A stretch of 57,553 bases of DNA, from assembly GCA_002269645.1 (NCBI GenBank), contig NIVC01004157.1, positions 1 through 57,553 of the forward strand, given 5' to 3'. The number at the start of each line of letters is the position of its first letter. Position 1 is the stretch's first letter. The position numbers and the translations under genes are program-made. The notes beneath the pieces were generated by a model. It searched no databases, was not told where the DNA came from, and was given only the letters and a program-made list of their open reading frames with translations. The DNA is from Macrostomum lignano (taxonomy: Eukaryota). Shown here one piece after another: positions 1 through 11,321 of this stretch.

Positions 1-1080
1 GGAGAAGGGGTGGATCGGGAACAGGGGGTGATAGGGAAGAGGGGCGGATCGGGAAGAGGGGGGCGGATCGGAACAGGGAGCGGCGGCGGGAAGAGGGGGT
101 GGATCGGGAAGAGGGGGTGGATCGGGAAGAGGGGCGGATCGGAACAGGGGGCGGATCGGGAAGAGGGGGCGGATCGGGAAGAGGGGGCGGATTGGAAACA
201 GGGGGGCGATCGGAAGAAGGGGCGGATAGGGAAGGGGGGCGGACGCGAACGGGGCGGACGCGAACAGGGGCGGATAGGGAAGAGGGGGCGGATGCGAACA
301 GGGGTGGATCGGGAAGAGGGGCGGACGCGAACAGGGGGCGGATCGGAAAACAGGGGAACGGATCGGGAACAGTGGGCGGATCGGAACAGGGGGCGGATCG
401 GGAACAGGGGACGGATCGGGAAGAGGGGGGCGGATCGGGAAGAGGGGCGGATCGGAACAGGGGACGGATCGGGAACAGTGGGCGGATCGGAACAGGGGCG
501 GATCGGGAACAGGGGCGGATCGGGAACAGGGGGCGGATCGGGAACAGGGGGCGGATCGGAAACAGGGGCGGATCGGGAAGAGGGGGGCGGATCGGGAAAC
601 AGGGGCGGATCGGGAACAGGGGGCGGATCGGGAACAGGGGCGGATCGGGAACAGGGGGCGGATCGGGAAGAGGGGGCGCGATCGGAAGAGGGGGCGGATC
701 GGGAACAGGGGGCGGATCGGAACAGGGGCGGATCGGGAACAGTGGGCGGATCGGGAAGAGGGGCGGATCGGGAACAGGGGCGGATCGGGAAGAGGGGGGC
801 GGATCAGGAAGAGGGGGCGGATCGGGAACAGGGGGCGGATCGGGAACAGTGGGCGGATCGGGAACAGTGGGCGGATCGGGAAGAGGGGGCGGATCGGGAA
901 CAGGGGACGGATCGGGAAGAGGGGGGCGGATCGGGAAGAGGGGGCGGATCGGGAACAGGGGACGGATCGGGAAGAGGGGGGCGGATCGGGAACAGGGGGC
1001 GGATCGGGAACAGGGGGCGGATCGGGAACAGGGGGCGGATCGGGAACAGGGGACGGATCGGGAAGAGGGGGGCGGATCGG
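1..1080. repeat. G-rich minisatellite, ~18-20 bp unit (GGCGGATCGGGAACAGGG variants), truncated by the window edge
   Basis: Directly visible tandem units. The ORFs 10..1215 and 99..1355 are translations of the repeat. Confidence 0.95.
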
Positions 1081-1821
1081 GTGAGGATAGGCACGGCAGC
1101 AGCAGACCCAGCTGTAGTGGCTGTCAGTGCCCTGCAGTTCAGTCAGGACACCCCAGCCCCCCTGCGCGGCACCCAGCAGATTCCCACGGTCGCACAGCGC
1201 TGGCTGGCACTGTAGCAATGCACAATGCAGTCTGGCTCTCTGCTGCCTGCAACACAGCCAACAATGTCTGTCACACCACAACGCAAGGCTGCTATTTTCA
1301 CTTTGCAGTTTTTGCGGGTCAGCGAATGCCTGGCAGCAGTTTGACCTGCAGTTGAAGCTGCGGCTCCGGTGCTGCACAATTTCTGTGTCAAACTGTCTTT
1401 GGCGACAGGGCCGCCCCCGCCCGAGCCTCGGTGGCGGCGGTTTCACAGCTTTAGTAGCCATGCCGGTAATAAAACCGAAAAAGCAGAAATCACTTTGCCG
1501 ACCCTCCGGCTTCGTGTTTCACGTTTTCCATGACTGGCTGCTTCACGCCTTGTCGGTCAGAATCTGGAGCGGCTTCATCTTGTAGCTCAAATTTCATCGC
1601 CACCACCCCCCAGAGTGAGACTGCAGCCGCCCAGACAGATACTGACTGCTGCTCGCTCGTCATCAAGTTTCGAGTTTTTACACCCAAATTGCAAGGCCAC
1701 TAAAAATTTTCGAAATTAGAAAACACGGAAATGAAATCTGGCCGGTTTGGGGGAAAGTGGGATACATTTCTTGGAAACTTTTTGTTAATTAAAGAGGCTT
1801 TCGACTGAGAAATCCTTTAGA

Positions 1822-2525
1822 TGGGCAGGTATTCGGACTGTGAGGGCAGGTATTCAGACTGTGAGGGTTAGGTATTGATACTGTGAGAACAGGTATTGAG
1901 GCAGTAAGGGCAGGTATTGAGATTGTGAGGGCAGGTATTGATACTGTGAGAACAGGTATTGAGGCAGTGAGGGCAGGTATTGAGGCAGTGAGGGCAGGTA
2001 TTGAGATTGTGAGGGCAGGTATTGATACTGTGAGGGCAGGTATTGATACTGTGAGGGCAGGTATTGATACTGTGAGGGCAGGTATTGATACTGTGAGGGC
2101 AGGTATTGATACTGTGAGGGCAGGTATTGAGACTGTGAGGGCAGGTATTGATACTGTGAGGGCAGGTATTGAGACTGTGAGGGCAGGTATTGATACTGTG
2201 AGGGCAGGTATTGATACTGTGAGGGCAGGTATTGATACTGTGAGGGGCAGGTATTGAGACTGTGAGGGCAGGTATTGAGACTGTGAGGGCAGGTATTGAG
2301 ATTGTGAGAACAGGTATTGAGACTGTGAGGGTAGGTATTGAGACTGTGAGGGCAGGTATTGAGATTGTGAGGGTAGGTATTGAGACTGTGAGGGCAGGTA
2401 TTTAGACTGTGAGGGCAGGTATTCAGACTGTGAGGGCAGGTATTGAGACTGTGAGGGCAGGTATTCGGACTGTGAGGGCGGGTATTGATACTGTGAGGGC
2501 GGGTTTCAAGTAGTGAGGGCAGGTG
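1822..2525. repeat. 21-bp minisatellite (GTGAGGGCAGGTATTGAGACT), ~33 copies, in the intron after T-box exon 2
   Basis: Visible tandem units, 7-aa periodicity in ORF 1883..2257. Confidence 0.95.
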
Positions 2526-2565
2526 TAGTTAATTGAGTTAGGCTCAGAGCAGAGCCAGCAATTAC

Positions 2566-3183
2566 CTTCCAGACTTGGTGATGATCATCTCGGTGCCCAG
2601 TTCGCGGAACTGCTGCCACAGTTCAGCATTCTCCAGCTGACACCGCGGCTCCAGCTGCGGCAGCAGCGGCACCGACAATTTAACTGGCGCTGCGGGTTTT
2701 GCCGATAAATTTTGTATGAAATTGTTAACAATGATGGGCTTCACGACTTTCTCTAAGTTCACCAAGACTCTTAAGTGACTGCAGCTTCAGTGACTGCAGC
2801 CCCAGCTGTCTGAGGAGCTTCAGTGACTGCAGCCCCAGCTGTCTGAGGTGCTTCAGTGACTGCAGCCCCAGCTGTCTGAGGTGCTTCAGTGACTGCAGTC
2901 CCAGCTGTCTGAGGTGCTTCAGTCGGTTCGCAGGCATGATAAGATCGCCCTCACCTGGCCCAGCATCCAGCCGCATCTCCGACCTGTCCATCCACTTCCG
3001 CTTCTTCGGCGGCCTGGGCTGCTGCCTCAGCTTCATCAGGGCTTCAATTCTGAAAGCGGCGGCCTTGGCAGACATGCCGGGATGATGCCGGGCCCCGCGG
3101 GGCTTTGGCGGACTTTGAGCTCGGATGACGGCGCTCGAGTCCTCGCTGCTGCTGCAGCTGCTGAGCGGCCTGGTCTGATCCAT
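2566..3183 (-). CDS. TBX20: 5' part of a Tbx20/H15-like T-box transcription factor: exon ~3183-2955 (eh1 motif, NLS-like PPKKRK) and exon 2767-2566 (start of T-box). Remainder not in window.
   Basis: [26 protein letters not shown] resembles the TBX20 T-box start ([26 protein letters not shown]) and ends at an AG|GTAAT donor at the usual T-box intron position. The upstream exon has [13 protein letters not shown] (eh1-like, cf. RANAFSIAALM). Donor CAG|GTGAG at 2955 and acceptor AG at 2769-2768 are phase-compatible, though the acceptor is weak. Start codon uncertain. Confidence 0.72.
2775..2925. repeat. 33-bp tandem repeat (~4.5 copies) in the short first T-box intron
   Basis: CAGTGACTGCAGCCCCAGCTGTCTGAGGTGCTT repeated. 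Confidence 0.9.
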
Positions 3184-3392
3184 GCTTTTGCTCTTCTGCA
3201 AGCAAATCTCGCTGCAACACTGCAGCGCTGGGCTGGCTGGGAGGTCCTGTTAAATCGGGAACTGCGGGCGCCGGGGGGCTGGGGGGGGGGGGCTGCGCTA
3301 GCAGCGGCAGCCAATGACAGCCCCGACTCGACTGCCCAGCCCTGCTGTGCCACCAGCCGCTTCCGAAAGAATTCTCTTAAACCCATCGCTTT

Positions 3393-5652
3393 CTGACCAA
3401 CGCCACTCGGAATCCGCCCCCTTTGACCAACGAACGCCACTCGGAATCCGCCCCATCTGACCAACGAACGCCACTCGGAATCCGTCCCATCTGACCAACG
3501 AACGCCACTCGGAATCCGCCCCTTTTACCAACGCCACTCGGAATCCGCCCCTTTGACCAACGCCACTCGGAATCCGCCCCCTTTGACCAGCGCCACTTAG
3601 AATCCGCCCCTCTGACCAACGCCACTCGGAATCCGCCCCCTCTGACCAACGCCACTCGGAATCCGCCCCCTCTGACCAACGCCACTCGGAATCCGCCCCT
3701 CTGACCAACGCCACTCGGAATCCGCCCCCTCTGACCAACGCCACTCGGAATCCGCCCCCTCTGACCAACACCACTCGGAATCCGCCCCCTCTGACCAACG
3801 CCACTCGGAATCCGCCCCTCTGACCAACGCCACTCGGAATTCGCCCCCGTTGGCCAGCGCCACTCGGAATCCGCCCCCTCTGACCAGCGCCACTCGGAAT
3901 CCGCCCCCACTGACCAGCGCCACTTGGAATCTGCTCCCACTGACCAACACCATCCGGAATCCGCCCCTTCTGACCAACGCCAGTGGCGCAACCAGGGGGG
4001 GGGCGGGGGGCGGTCGCCCCCCTTAGACGGAGACCCAAAAAATCAAAGGGGACCAAGCGAATTTTTGCCATAAACAGAGCCACCCCTCTGCCCCCCCTTC
4101 CTGGGACTTTACCCTCCAAAATCCGCCCCCCTCAAAAAAATTCTGGTTGCGCTACTGACCAACGCCACTCGGAATCCGCCCCTCTGACCAACGCCACTCG
4201 GAATTCGCCCCCGTTGGCCAGCGCCACTCGGAATCCGCCCCCTCTGACCAGCGCCACTCGGAATCCGCCCCCACTGACCAGCGCCACTTGGAATCTGCTC
4301 CCACTGACCAACACCATCCGGAATCCGCCCCTTCTGACCAACGCCAGTGGCGCAACCAGGGGGGGGGGGCGGGGGGCGGTCGCCCCCCTTAGACGGAGAC
4401 CCAAAAAATCAAAGGGGGACCAAGCGAATTTTTGCCATAAACAGAGCCACCCCTCTGCCCCCCTTCCTGGGACTTTACCCTCCAAAATCCGCCCCCTCAA
4501 AAAAATTCTGGTTGCGCTACTGACCAACGCCACTCGGAATCCGCCCCCTCTGACCAACGCCACTCGGAATTCGCCCCCGTTGGCCAGCGCCACTCGGAAT
4601 CCGCCCCCTCTGACCAGCGCCACTCGGAATCCGCCCCCACTGACCAGCGCCACTTGGAATCTGCTCCCACTGACCAACACCATCCGGAATCCGCCCCTTC
4701 TGACCAACGCCAGTGGCGCAACCAGGGGGGGGGGCGGGGGGCGGTCGCCCCCCTTAGACGGAGACCCAAAAAATCAAAGGGGGACCAAGCGAATTTTTGC
4801 CATAAACAGAGCCACCCCTCTGCCCCCCCTTCCTGGGACTTTACCCTCCAAAATCCGCCCCCCTCAAAAAAATTCTGGTTGCGCTACTGACCAACGCCAC
4901 TCGGAATCCGCCCCCTCTGACCAACGCCACTCGGAATTCGCCCCCGTTGGCCAGCGCCACTCGGAATCCGCCCCCTCTGACCAGCGCCACTCGGAATCCG
5001 CCCCCACTGACCAGCGCCACTTGGAATCTGCTCCCACTGACCAACACCATCCGGAATCCGCCCCTTCTGACCAACGCCAGTGGCGCAACCAGGGGGGGGG
5101 CGGGGGGCGGTCGCCCCCCTTAGACGGAGACCCAAAAAATCAAAGGGGACCAAGCGAATTTTTGCCATAAACAGAGCCACCCCTCTGCCCCCCCTTCCTG
5201 GGACTTTACCCTCCAAAATCCGCCCACCTCAAAAAAATTCTGGTTGCGCTACTGACCAACGCCACTCGGAATCCGCCCCCTCTGACCAACGCCACTCGGA
5301 ATTCGCCCCCGTTGGCCAGCGCCACTCGGAATCCGCCCCCTCTGACCAGCGCCACTCGGAATCCGCCCCCACTGACCAGCGCCACTTGGAATCTGCTCCC
5401 ACTGACCAACACCATCCGGAATCCGCCCCTTCTGACCAACGCCAGTGGCGCAACCAGGGGGGGGCGGGGGGCGGTCGCCCCCCTTAGACGGAGACCCAAA
5501 AAATCAAAGGGGGACCAAGCGAATTTTTGCCATAAACAGAGCCACCCCTCTGCCCCCCCTTCCTGGGACTTTACCCTCCAAAATCCGCCCCCTCAAAAAA
5601 ATTCTGGTTGCGCTACTGACCAACGCCACTCAGAATCCGCCCCCTCTGACCG
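3393..5652. repeat. 29-30 bp minisatellite (CTGACCAACGCCACTCGGAATCCGCCCCCT) that becomes a ~365-bp higher-order repeat containing a MITE
   Basis: Simple array at 3393-3980, then five near-identical ~365-bp blocks. Confidence 0.95.
3981..4157. mobile_element. hAT-type MITE (~177 bp), further copies at 4345-4522, 4711-4889, 5078-5254, 5443-5618
   Basis: 15-bp TIR CAGTGGCGCAACCAG / CTGGTTGCGCTACTG (1 mismatch). 8-bp TSD ACCAACGC at 3973-3980 and 4158-4165. Confidence 0.85.
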
Positions 5653-5975
5653 CCTATATTCAACTTTATTATACTAATAAAGATATGACTAGCATATATT
5701 TCTACAATTTATTAAAATTTTAAATTTCTACTATAAGTAGGTTATTGGAAATATTTTCTCCCGGAAATATTGAGAAATGAATATGTAAAACCGATACAGA
5801 AATTTTTATTGATTATTGCTTTTAATATCAGCAAGTGTTTCATTTTTATTACACTAATGGAGACTTCCATGTCTCCAGTGAATGCTGATTTCTTGATCTT
5901 CGATCGAGACAAGAGCCGGCACCTGCGGCTTACCTGTCTCCAGGACACAGCTGGAGTGTCGGGTTCGGCTCGGCC

Positions 5976-5989
5976 GTTGCCATGGCAAT
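5976..5989. promoter_or_regulatory. RFX X-box-like palindrome GTTGCCATGGCAAT
   Basis: 13/14 match to the canonical GTTGCCATGGCAAC. Function untested. Confidence 0.35.
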
Positions 5990-7538
5990 TACGAAGCCAA
6001 AGTGTCCTTCCAGAGCAGAGGCAAAGTCACTTTTAAGCGATGCAAGCACCCAAAAGGTCATTTTTGTTCGCATATGGCTCATAAGTTGATATTATGTGGG
6101 GGGAGGTCACCTGACCCCCGTGACCCCAGTAACTGTCCACACTACACAACGAAGCAGCGCGCATTTAGCCGGTGGGTGGGAGGTCAAGAAGATCCAAAAA
6201 GGGGGGCGGAGGGGGGTGGGCCTCTATTCTGGCAAAAAATGCTTCGTGCGGAAGAAGGGAGGTGGCCCACCTGTGGTATGTGCGCATATAAAGTATATTT
6301 CATTTCACACACATTGGCCATAGACACTGCCCCTGTTAACCCTGCGTTCTAAAGCTAATATAAGGAGAGCAAATATAAAGGAAATGAATGTTAACATCGG
6401 CATGGCAAGAGCCCGCTACCAAGCTTGAGATTACTAATCATAATTCACCTGGACTTCGAGTTGGTAACGGAAGTCGGATGTAACACCACCCCCACCCCCC
6501 CGCCCCCTTCTCGGTCTGCTTCAACCCATCTCATTGCAATGCATTGTTTTAAAACAGAAGCAGGGCCAGCCGATAGAGATTTGAAAGTATTCAATTAAAA
6601 AAGATAAAAAACGCTACTTTTGCTACTGAAAACGAGTAGACGAGCGCATTTTACACAAAGCTACAGTAATAAGTGACAAGTCCAGTATGTGTGGTCAGAC
6701 CAGAGAACAAAGCAAACTTATTCAGCGAGTCAAATTTTCTACAGTCTAACAAAGCCCGCCTGAGCTTTCCTAGAAATACTTCAGTACAGCACGACTTTCA
6801 CGTTGGCTGCCTTCTAAAGAGACCCGTAGTATTGATTGGGATCTGGGGGATCTGCTCCCGCCACCTCCACTTCGTCTCCGCGCAGGAATCCCCAGGACAA
6901 TCGGGCAGCCAGCTGCTGCCGGGGCTTAACTCCGCGACTTAGGCAGCATTTTCAAGACCCGCCGGCCCCCCTGCCCATTGTTTATCCTCATATTCGGGTC
7001 CGCGTGGACTTCAAATTCGATATTTAAGAGTAATAAAATTGTGTCTGTTTTGAACACATGGAATTTTAGTTCAATTTTTTCAAACCGAAAATCTGCCCAA
7101 AATCACTTTGATTGGCTGATCGCAGGGATGGCCGAGCAGTCTGGTGAGAGGTCCTAGGCTCGATTTTGAGAGCCTTAGTTAATCTGGTGGCACCTGTTCC
7201 CGGGGACTGCTGCCGGGGGATAATCCGGACTGGATTAACCAGACCCGGTACAACAGCCATGCCCGCCAAGGTTTGCTATGAGAGGTGCAGCAGAAGTCGC
7301 TGCAGTTGCTGCTGCAGTCACTTTTCTCCGGCCCCTGCAGCTCTCTCGCAGGCAATCTGCTCCTCTACTCACCAAGGTAAGCAAGGGCTGCATTCGCCTT
7401 ATAACTGCTTTCATAGGCCTGTGTGGCGGGTGTCGAACTTGGGACTTCCGTACCGGGCAAACCCCGATGCAGAGCCTCAGATGCTGTAGAGTCGTATTGA
7501 TTTTTACTGCCTGGGACAAGGTTTAGGAGAGGCTCAGC

Positions 7539-8433
7539 CACAGAATATACACAGAATGGTGAATCAGCGCTTAAACTACTTATCGGAATAAAATGTTCAT
7601 AGACTACTAATCATGAGGTGGCGAAAAGTAGTGCAATTAAATTGACGTAGATTAAGCTAAGCGCCCTAGGCTATATGTATTAAAAGTTAAAAGTCAATGT
7701 AAAGAGATAAGGATAAGCGTAAAAGACTTTTCGATTAGCTTGTGCTGCTTGCACGTGTATTTTTTGATAACATTGAATTAGAATTAACATTGAATTGAAG
7801 AATGTAGGAATTAATTGAATAAGAATTAATTGAAGAATTTAAGAATTAACATGATTAACATTAAATTAGAATTTGCTTATTGCGCCCATTCGCTTGAACT
7901 TTTTTATTTCGTCCGATTTTTCGAGAGCAACTGATCGGCCTCGCTTCCTTTGCTGCGCGATCTCTCATTACTCTTGCCTAGCAGGTCGGCACGAAAAATT
8001 CTCTTCGCCCAATCTTCGCATCTAAAGCGCAATATTGTATTTCTATGTCAACTTATCTAATTTACACTACTTGCAATTGTAATGGCTCTTACCGACTTCT
8101 ATCCGCTGGAAAGCGATGGAAGCGCGTCTGCGGTGGGCACTTATTTGCGCAGTGCGGGCAACCGTAAGCTGCGCATTGGATCTTGGATTTTGTCTTAGCA
8201 TTCATGCTGCCGCTTGCTATCGAAAATATTGCATCGGCTGACAGCTCCACAGAGTATACACAGTATATACAGTATATTCTGTGGACAGCTCACCTAACCG
8301 CTGTCTATGGCACTAGCTGCCTAAATCTACTACTTATCACGCGCCTCATCATTAGCAGCATATTGCGAATATAGTTTCGGAGCAAGATTTTTTTTGCGAG
8401 AGAGCTAATTCACCATTCTGTGTATATTCTGTG
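7539..8433. mobile_element. Non-autonomous DNA transposon (895 bp), P-superfamily-like
   Basis: 26-bp perfect TIR CACAGAATATACACAGAATGGTGAAT (extends imperfectly to ~32 bp). 8-bp TSD GGCTCAGC at 7531-7538 and 8434-8441. No ORF. Confidence 0.85.
8248..8283. mobile_element. 36-bp remnant of the same TIR family with its own 8-bp TSD (probable excision footprint)
   Basis: GACAGCTC + CACAGAGTATACACAG-TATATACA-GTATATTCTGTG + GACAGCTC. Confidence 0.75.
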
Positions 8434-8454
8434 GGCTCAGCAGCCCAGCCAGCC

Positions 8455-10085
8455 CAGCCACCGCATCTCCTGCCGCCTAGCACCCTCCACTCCAGCCCCC
8501 CCCCCCAGCCACCGCATCTCCTGCCGCCTAGCACCCTCCACTCCAGCCCCCCCCCAGCCACCGCATCTCCTGCCGCCCAGCCACCGCCTCTCCTGCCGCC
8601 TAGCACCCTCCACTCCAGCCCCCCCAGCCACCGCATCTCCTGCCGCCTAGAACCCTCCACTCCAGCCCCCCCCCAGCCACCGCATCTCCTGCCGCCCCAG
8701 CCACCGCATCTCCTGCCGCCCAGCACCCTCCACTCCAGCCCCCCCCAGCCACCGCATATCCTGCCGCCCAGCCACCGCATCTCCTGCCGCCCCAGCCACC
8801 GCCTCTCCTGCCGACTAGCACCCTCCACTCCAGCCCCCCCCCCAGCCACCGCATCTCCTGCCGCCCAGCCACCGCCTCTCCTGCCGCCTAGCACCCTCCA
8901 CTCCAGCCCCCCCCCCAGCCACCGCATCTCCTGCCGCCTAGCACCCTCCACTCCAGCCCCCCAGCCACCGCATCTCCTGCCGCCTAGAACCCTCCACTCC
9001 AGCCCCCCCCAGCCACCGCATCTCCTGCCGCCCAGCCACCGCATCTCCTGCCGCCCCAGCCACCGCCTCTCCTGCCGACTAGCACCCTCCACTCCAGCCC
9101 CCCCCCCCAGCCACCGCATCTCCTGCCGCCCAGCCACCGCCTCTCCTGCCGCCTAGCACCCTCCACTCCAGCCCCCCCCCAGCCACCGCATCTCCTGCCG
9201 CCTAGCACCCTCCACTCCAGCCCCCCCCCAGCCACCGCATCTCCTGCCGCCTAGAACCCTCCACTCCAGCCCCCCCCCAGCCACCGCATCTCCTGCCGCC
9301 TAGCACCCTCCACTCCAGCCCCCCCCCAGCCACCGACCGCATCTCCTGCCGCCTAGCACCCTCCACTCCAGCCCCCCCCAGCCACCGCATCTCCTGCCGC
9401 CCAGCCACCGCCTCTCCTGCCGCCTAGCATCCTCCACTCCAGCCCCCCCCAGCCACCGCATCTCCTGCCGCCTAGAACCCTCCACTCCAGCCCCCCCCCA
9501 GCCACCGCATCTCCTGCCGCCTAGAACCCTCCACTCCAGCCCCCCCCCAGCCACCGCATCTCCTGCCGCCTAGCACCCTCCACTCCCCCCCCCCAGCCAC
9601 CGCATCTCCTGCCGCCTAGCACCCTCCACTCCAGCCCCCCCCCAGCCACCGCATCTCCTGCCGCCTAGCACCCTCCACTCCAGCCCCCCCCCCCAGCCAC
9701 CGCCTCTCCTGCCGCCCAGCCACCGCCTCTCCTGCCGCCCAGCCACCGCCTCTCCTGCCGCCTAGCACCCTCCACTCCAGCCCCCCCCCAGCCACCGCAT
9801 CTCCTGCCGCCTAGCATCTCCACTCCCCCCCCCCAGCCACCGCATCTCCTGCCGCCTAGCACCCTCCACTCCAGCCCCCCCCAGCCACCGCATCTCCTGC
9901 CGCCTAGCACCCTCCACTCCAGCCCCCCCCCAGCCACCGCATCTCCTGCCGCCCAGCCACCGCCTCTCCTGCCGCCTAGCACCCTCCACTCCAGCCCCCC
10001 CCCCAGCCACCGCCTCTCCTGCCGCCCAGCCACCGCATCTCCTCCCGCCCAGCCACCGCCTCTCCTGCCGCCCAGCACCCTCCAG
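8455..10085. repeat. C-rich minisatellite, ~48-bp unit with shorter sub-units (CAGCCACCGCATCTCCTGCCGCCTAGCACCCTCCACTCCAGCCCCCCC)
   Basis: Visible tandem units. Confidence 0.95.
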
Positions 10086-10741
10086 TCCCGCAGAACCGCC
10101 TCACCGCCACAGTATCTGGGGTTTAAATACGAGTACTTTATTAATATTTCTTTACTCAATAGCAAAATTATTGATAGCAGGACCTTTATAATACTACGAG
10201 TATTAGGCCGCTAATTTTACTGAATTGTTAGATCCTTATTACTTTAATCTGTTGAAGCATTGGAAGGTGTAGAAGGCTATACAGTCCATCTCCCATTCAA
10301 TGAAGTCCCTGATTCCTACTCTTCCCGAGAATGAATGAATAATTAACCAAAATCCCACTCCAAGACTCCACTGTCCGCTTTTTTAAATATTCAAAACAAA
10401 TATTCCAAAACAACTCAGCCAAAGAGTTTTAGAACTGCATGGTGTCTGTGCTGCAGATGCGGGAACTCGCGTCTCAGATGTACAATTGGGGGGAAAAAGG
10501 TTGCAGTCGGTGAATTTCATTACAGCTGCTCCATCTGAATTTCCCTGGCTTAAAGTGGAGCGCGGCTGGGGCAGAAGCTTCACGGAATAAAAGCTCCGGC
10601 TCTGTCCGGGCAGGGCGCGGTGAACTAAACCTGCTGCCTATAGTGAAGTCAGATCAGAAAATCGCAAACAGTCCAACCCTGTAGCAAGAATTTCGTATGC
10701 TCAGTGGCGGTAAAACTCTCTTGCGGCTGAAGATACTTCTT

Positions 10742-10992
10742 TAAGGTACGCCTCTTAGGTACATCTCTTAGGTACGTCTCTTAAGTACGTCTCTTAGGTA
10801 CATCTCTTAGGTACATCTCTTAGGTACGTCTCTTAGGTACATCTCTTAGGTACATCTCTTAGCTGATGCACACCTCTAAGGTACGTCTCTTAAGTACGTC
10901 TCTTAGGTACGTCTCTTAGGTACGTCTTTTAGGTACATCTCTTAGCTATTCTACGTCTTTTAGGTACGACTCTTAGGTACTATAAGGTACGT
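10742..10992. repeat. 13-bp minisatellite (TTAGGTACATCTC / TTAGGTACGTCTC)
   Basis: Visible tandem units. Confidence 0.9.
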
Positions 10993-11321
10993 CTTGCGTC
11001 TCTATGTCAGAAAGTTAAGAGTGAGTCCGATCTTCTGAGGAGCCCCAAGGCTCCGTGGTTTTTCCACTGCAGCGAGAGAGACCGCATGTCGGAAAAAAGC
11101 TGTTAGCGTTGCATTTGTCCTCCTTCGGACCCTTGGCTAGGAATTGATCTACACCGAGGAAGAAGTTGTTAACCACAGTCGCTCGCAGACATAAAATACA
11201 AAGTATTATTGTCGTGGCATAAAAGGGCATTCAAGTCCATCAGAATGGACTATAACAAGTAGTACGAGCTGGCATTAAGAAAATTTCCCGTGTGCCAAAT
11301 GCAGAGTCCGTGTTTGCCCGG

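Noticed and set aside
10-1355. 401-aa and 418-aa Gly/Arg-rich ORFs
   Set aside because: They are translations of a G-rich minisatellite that is open in several frames, with no domain.
1090-1790. GC-rich unique stretch, including EMYPTF resembling the T-box RMFPT
   Set aside because: No continuation of T-box homology and no convincing splice sites in any frame.
3393-3980. Regularly spaced ~30-bp repeats that might suggest a CRISPR array
   Set aside because: Units are contiguous with no unique spacers, the context is eukaryotic, and there are no cas genes. The same applies to all other arrays.
6011-6335. Possible hAT-like ends CAGAGGCAAAGTC ... GACACTGCCCCTG
   Set aside because: Weak TIR match and no TSD.
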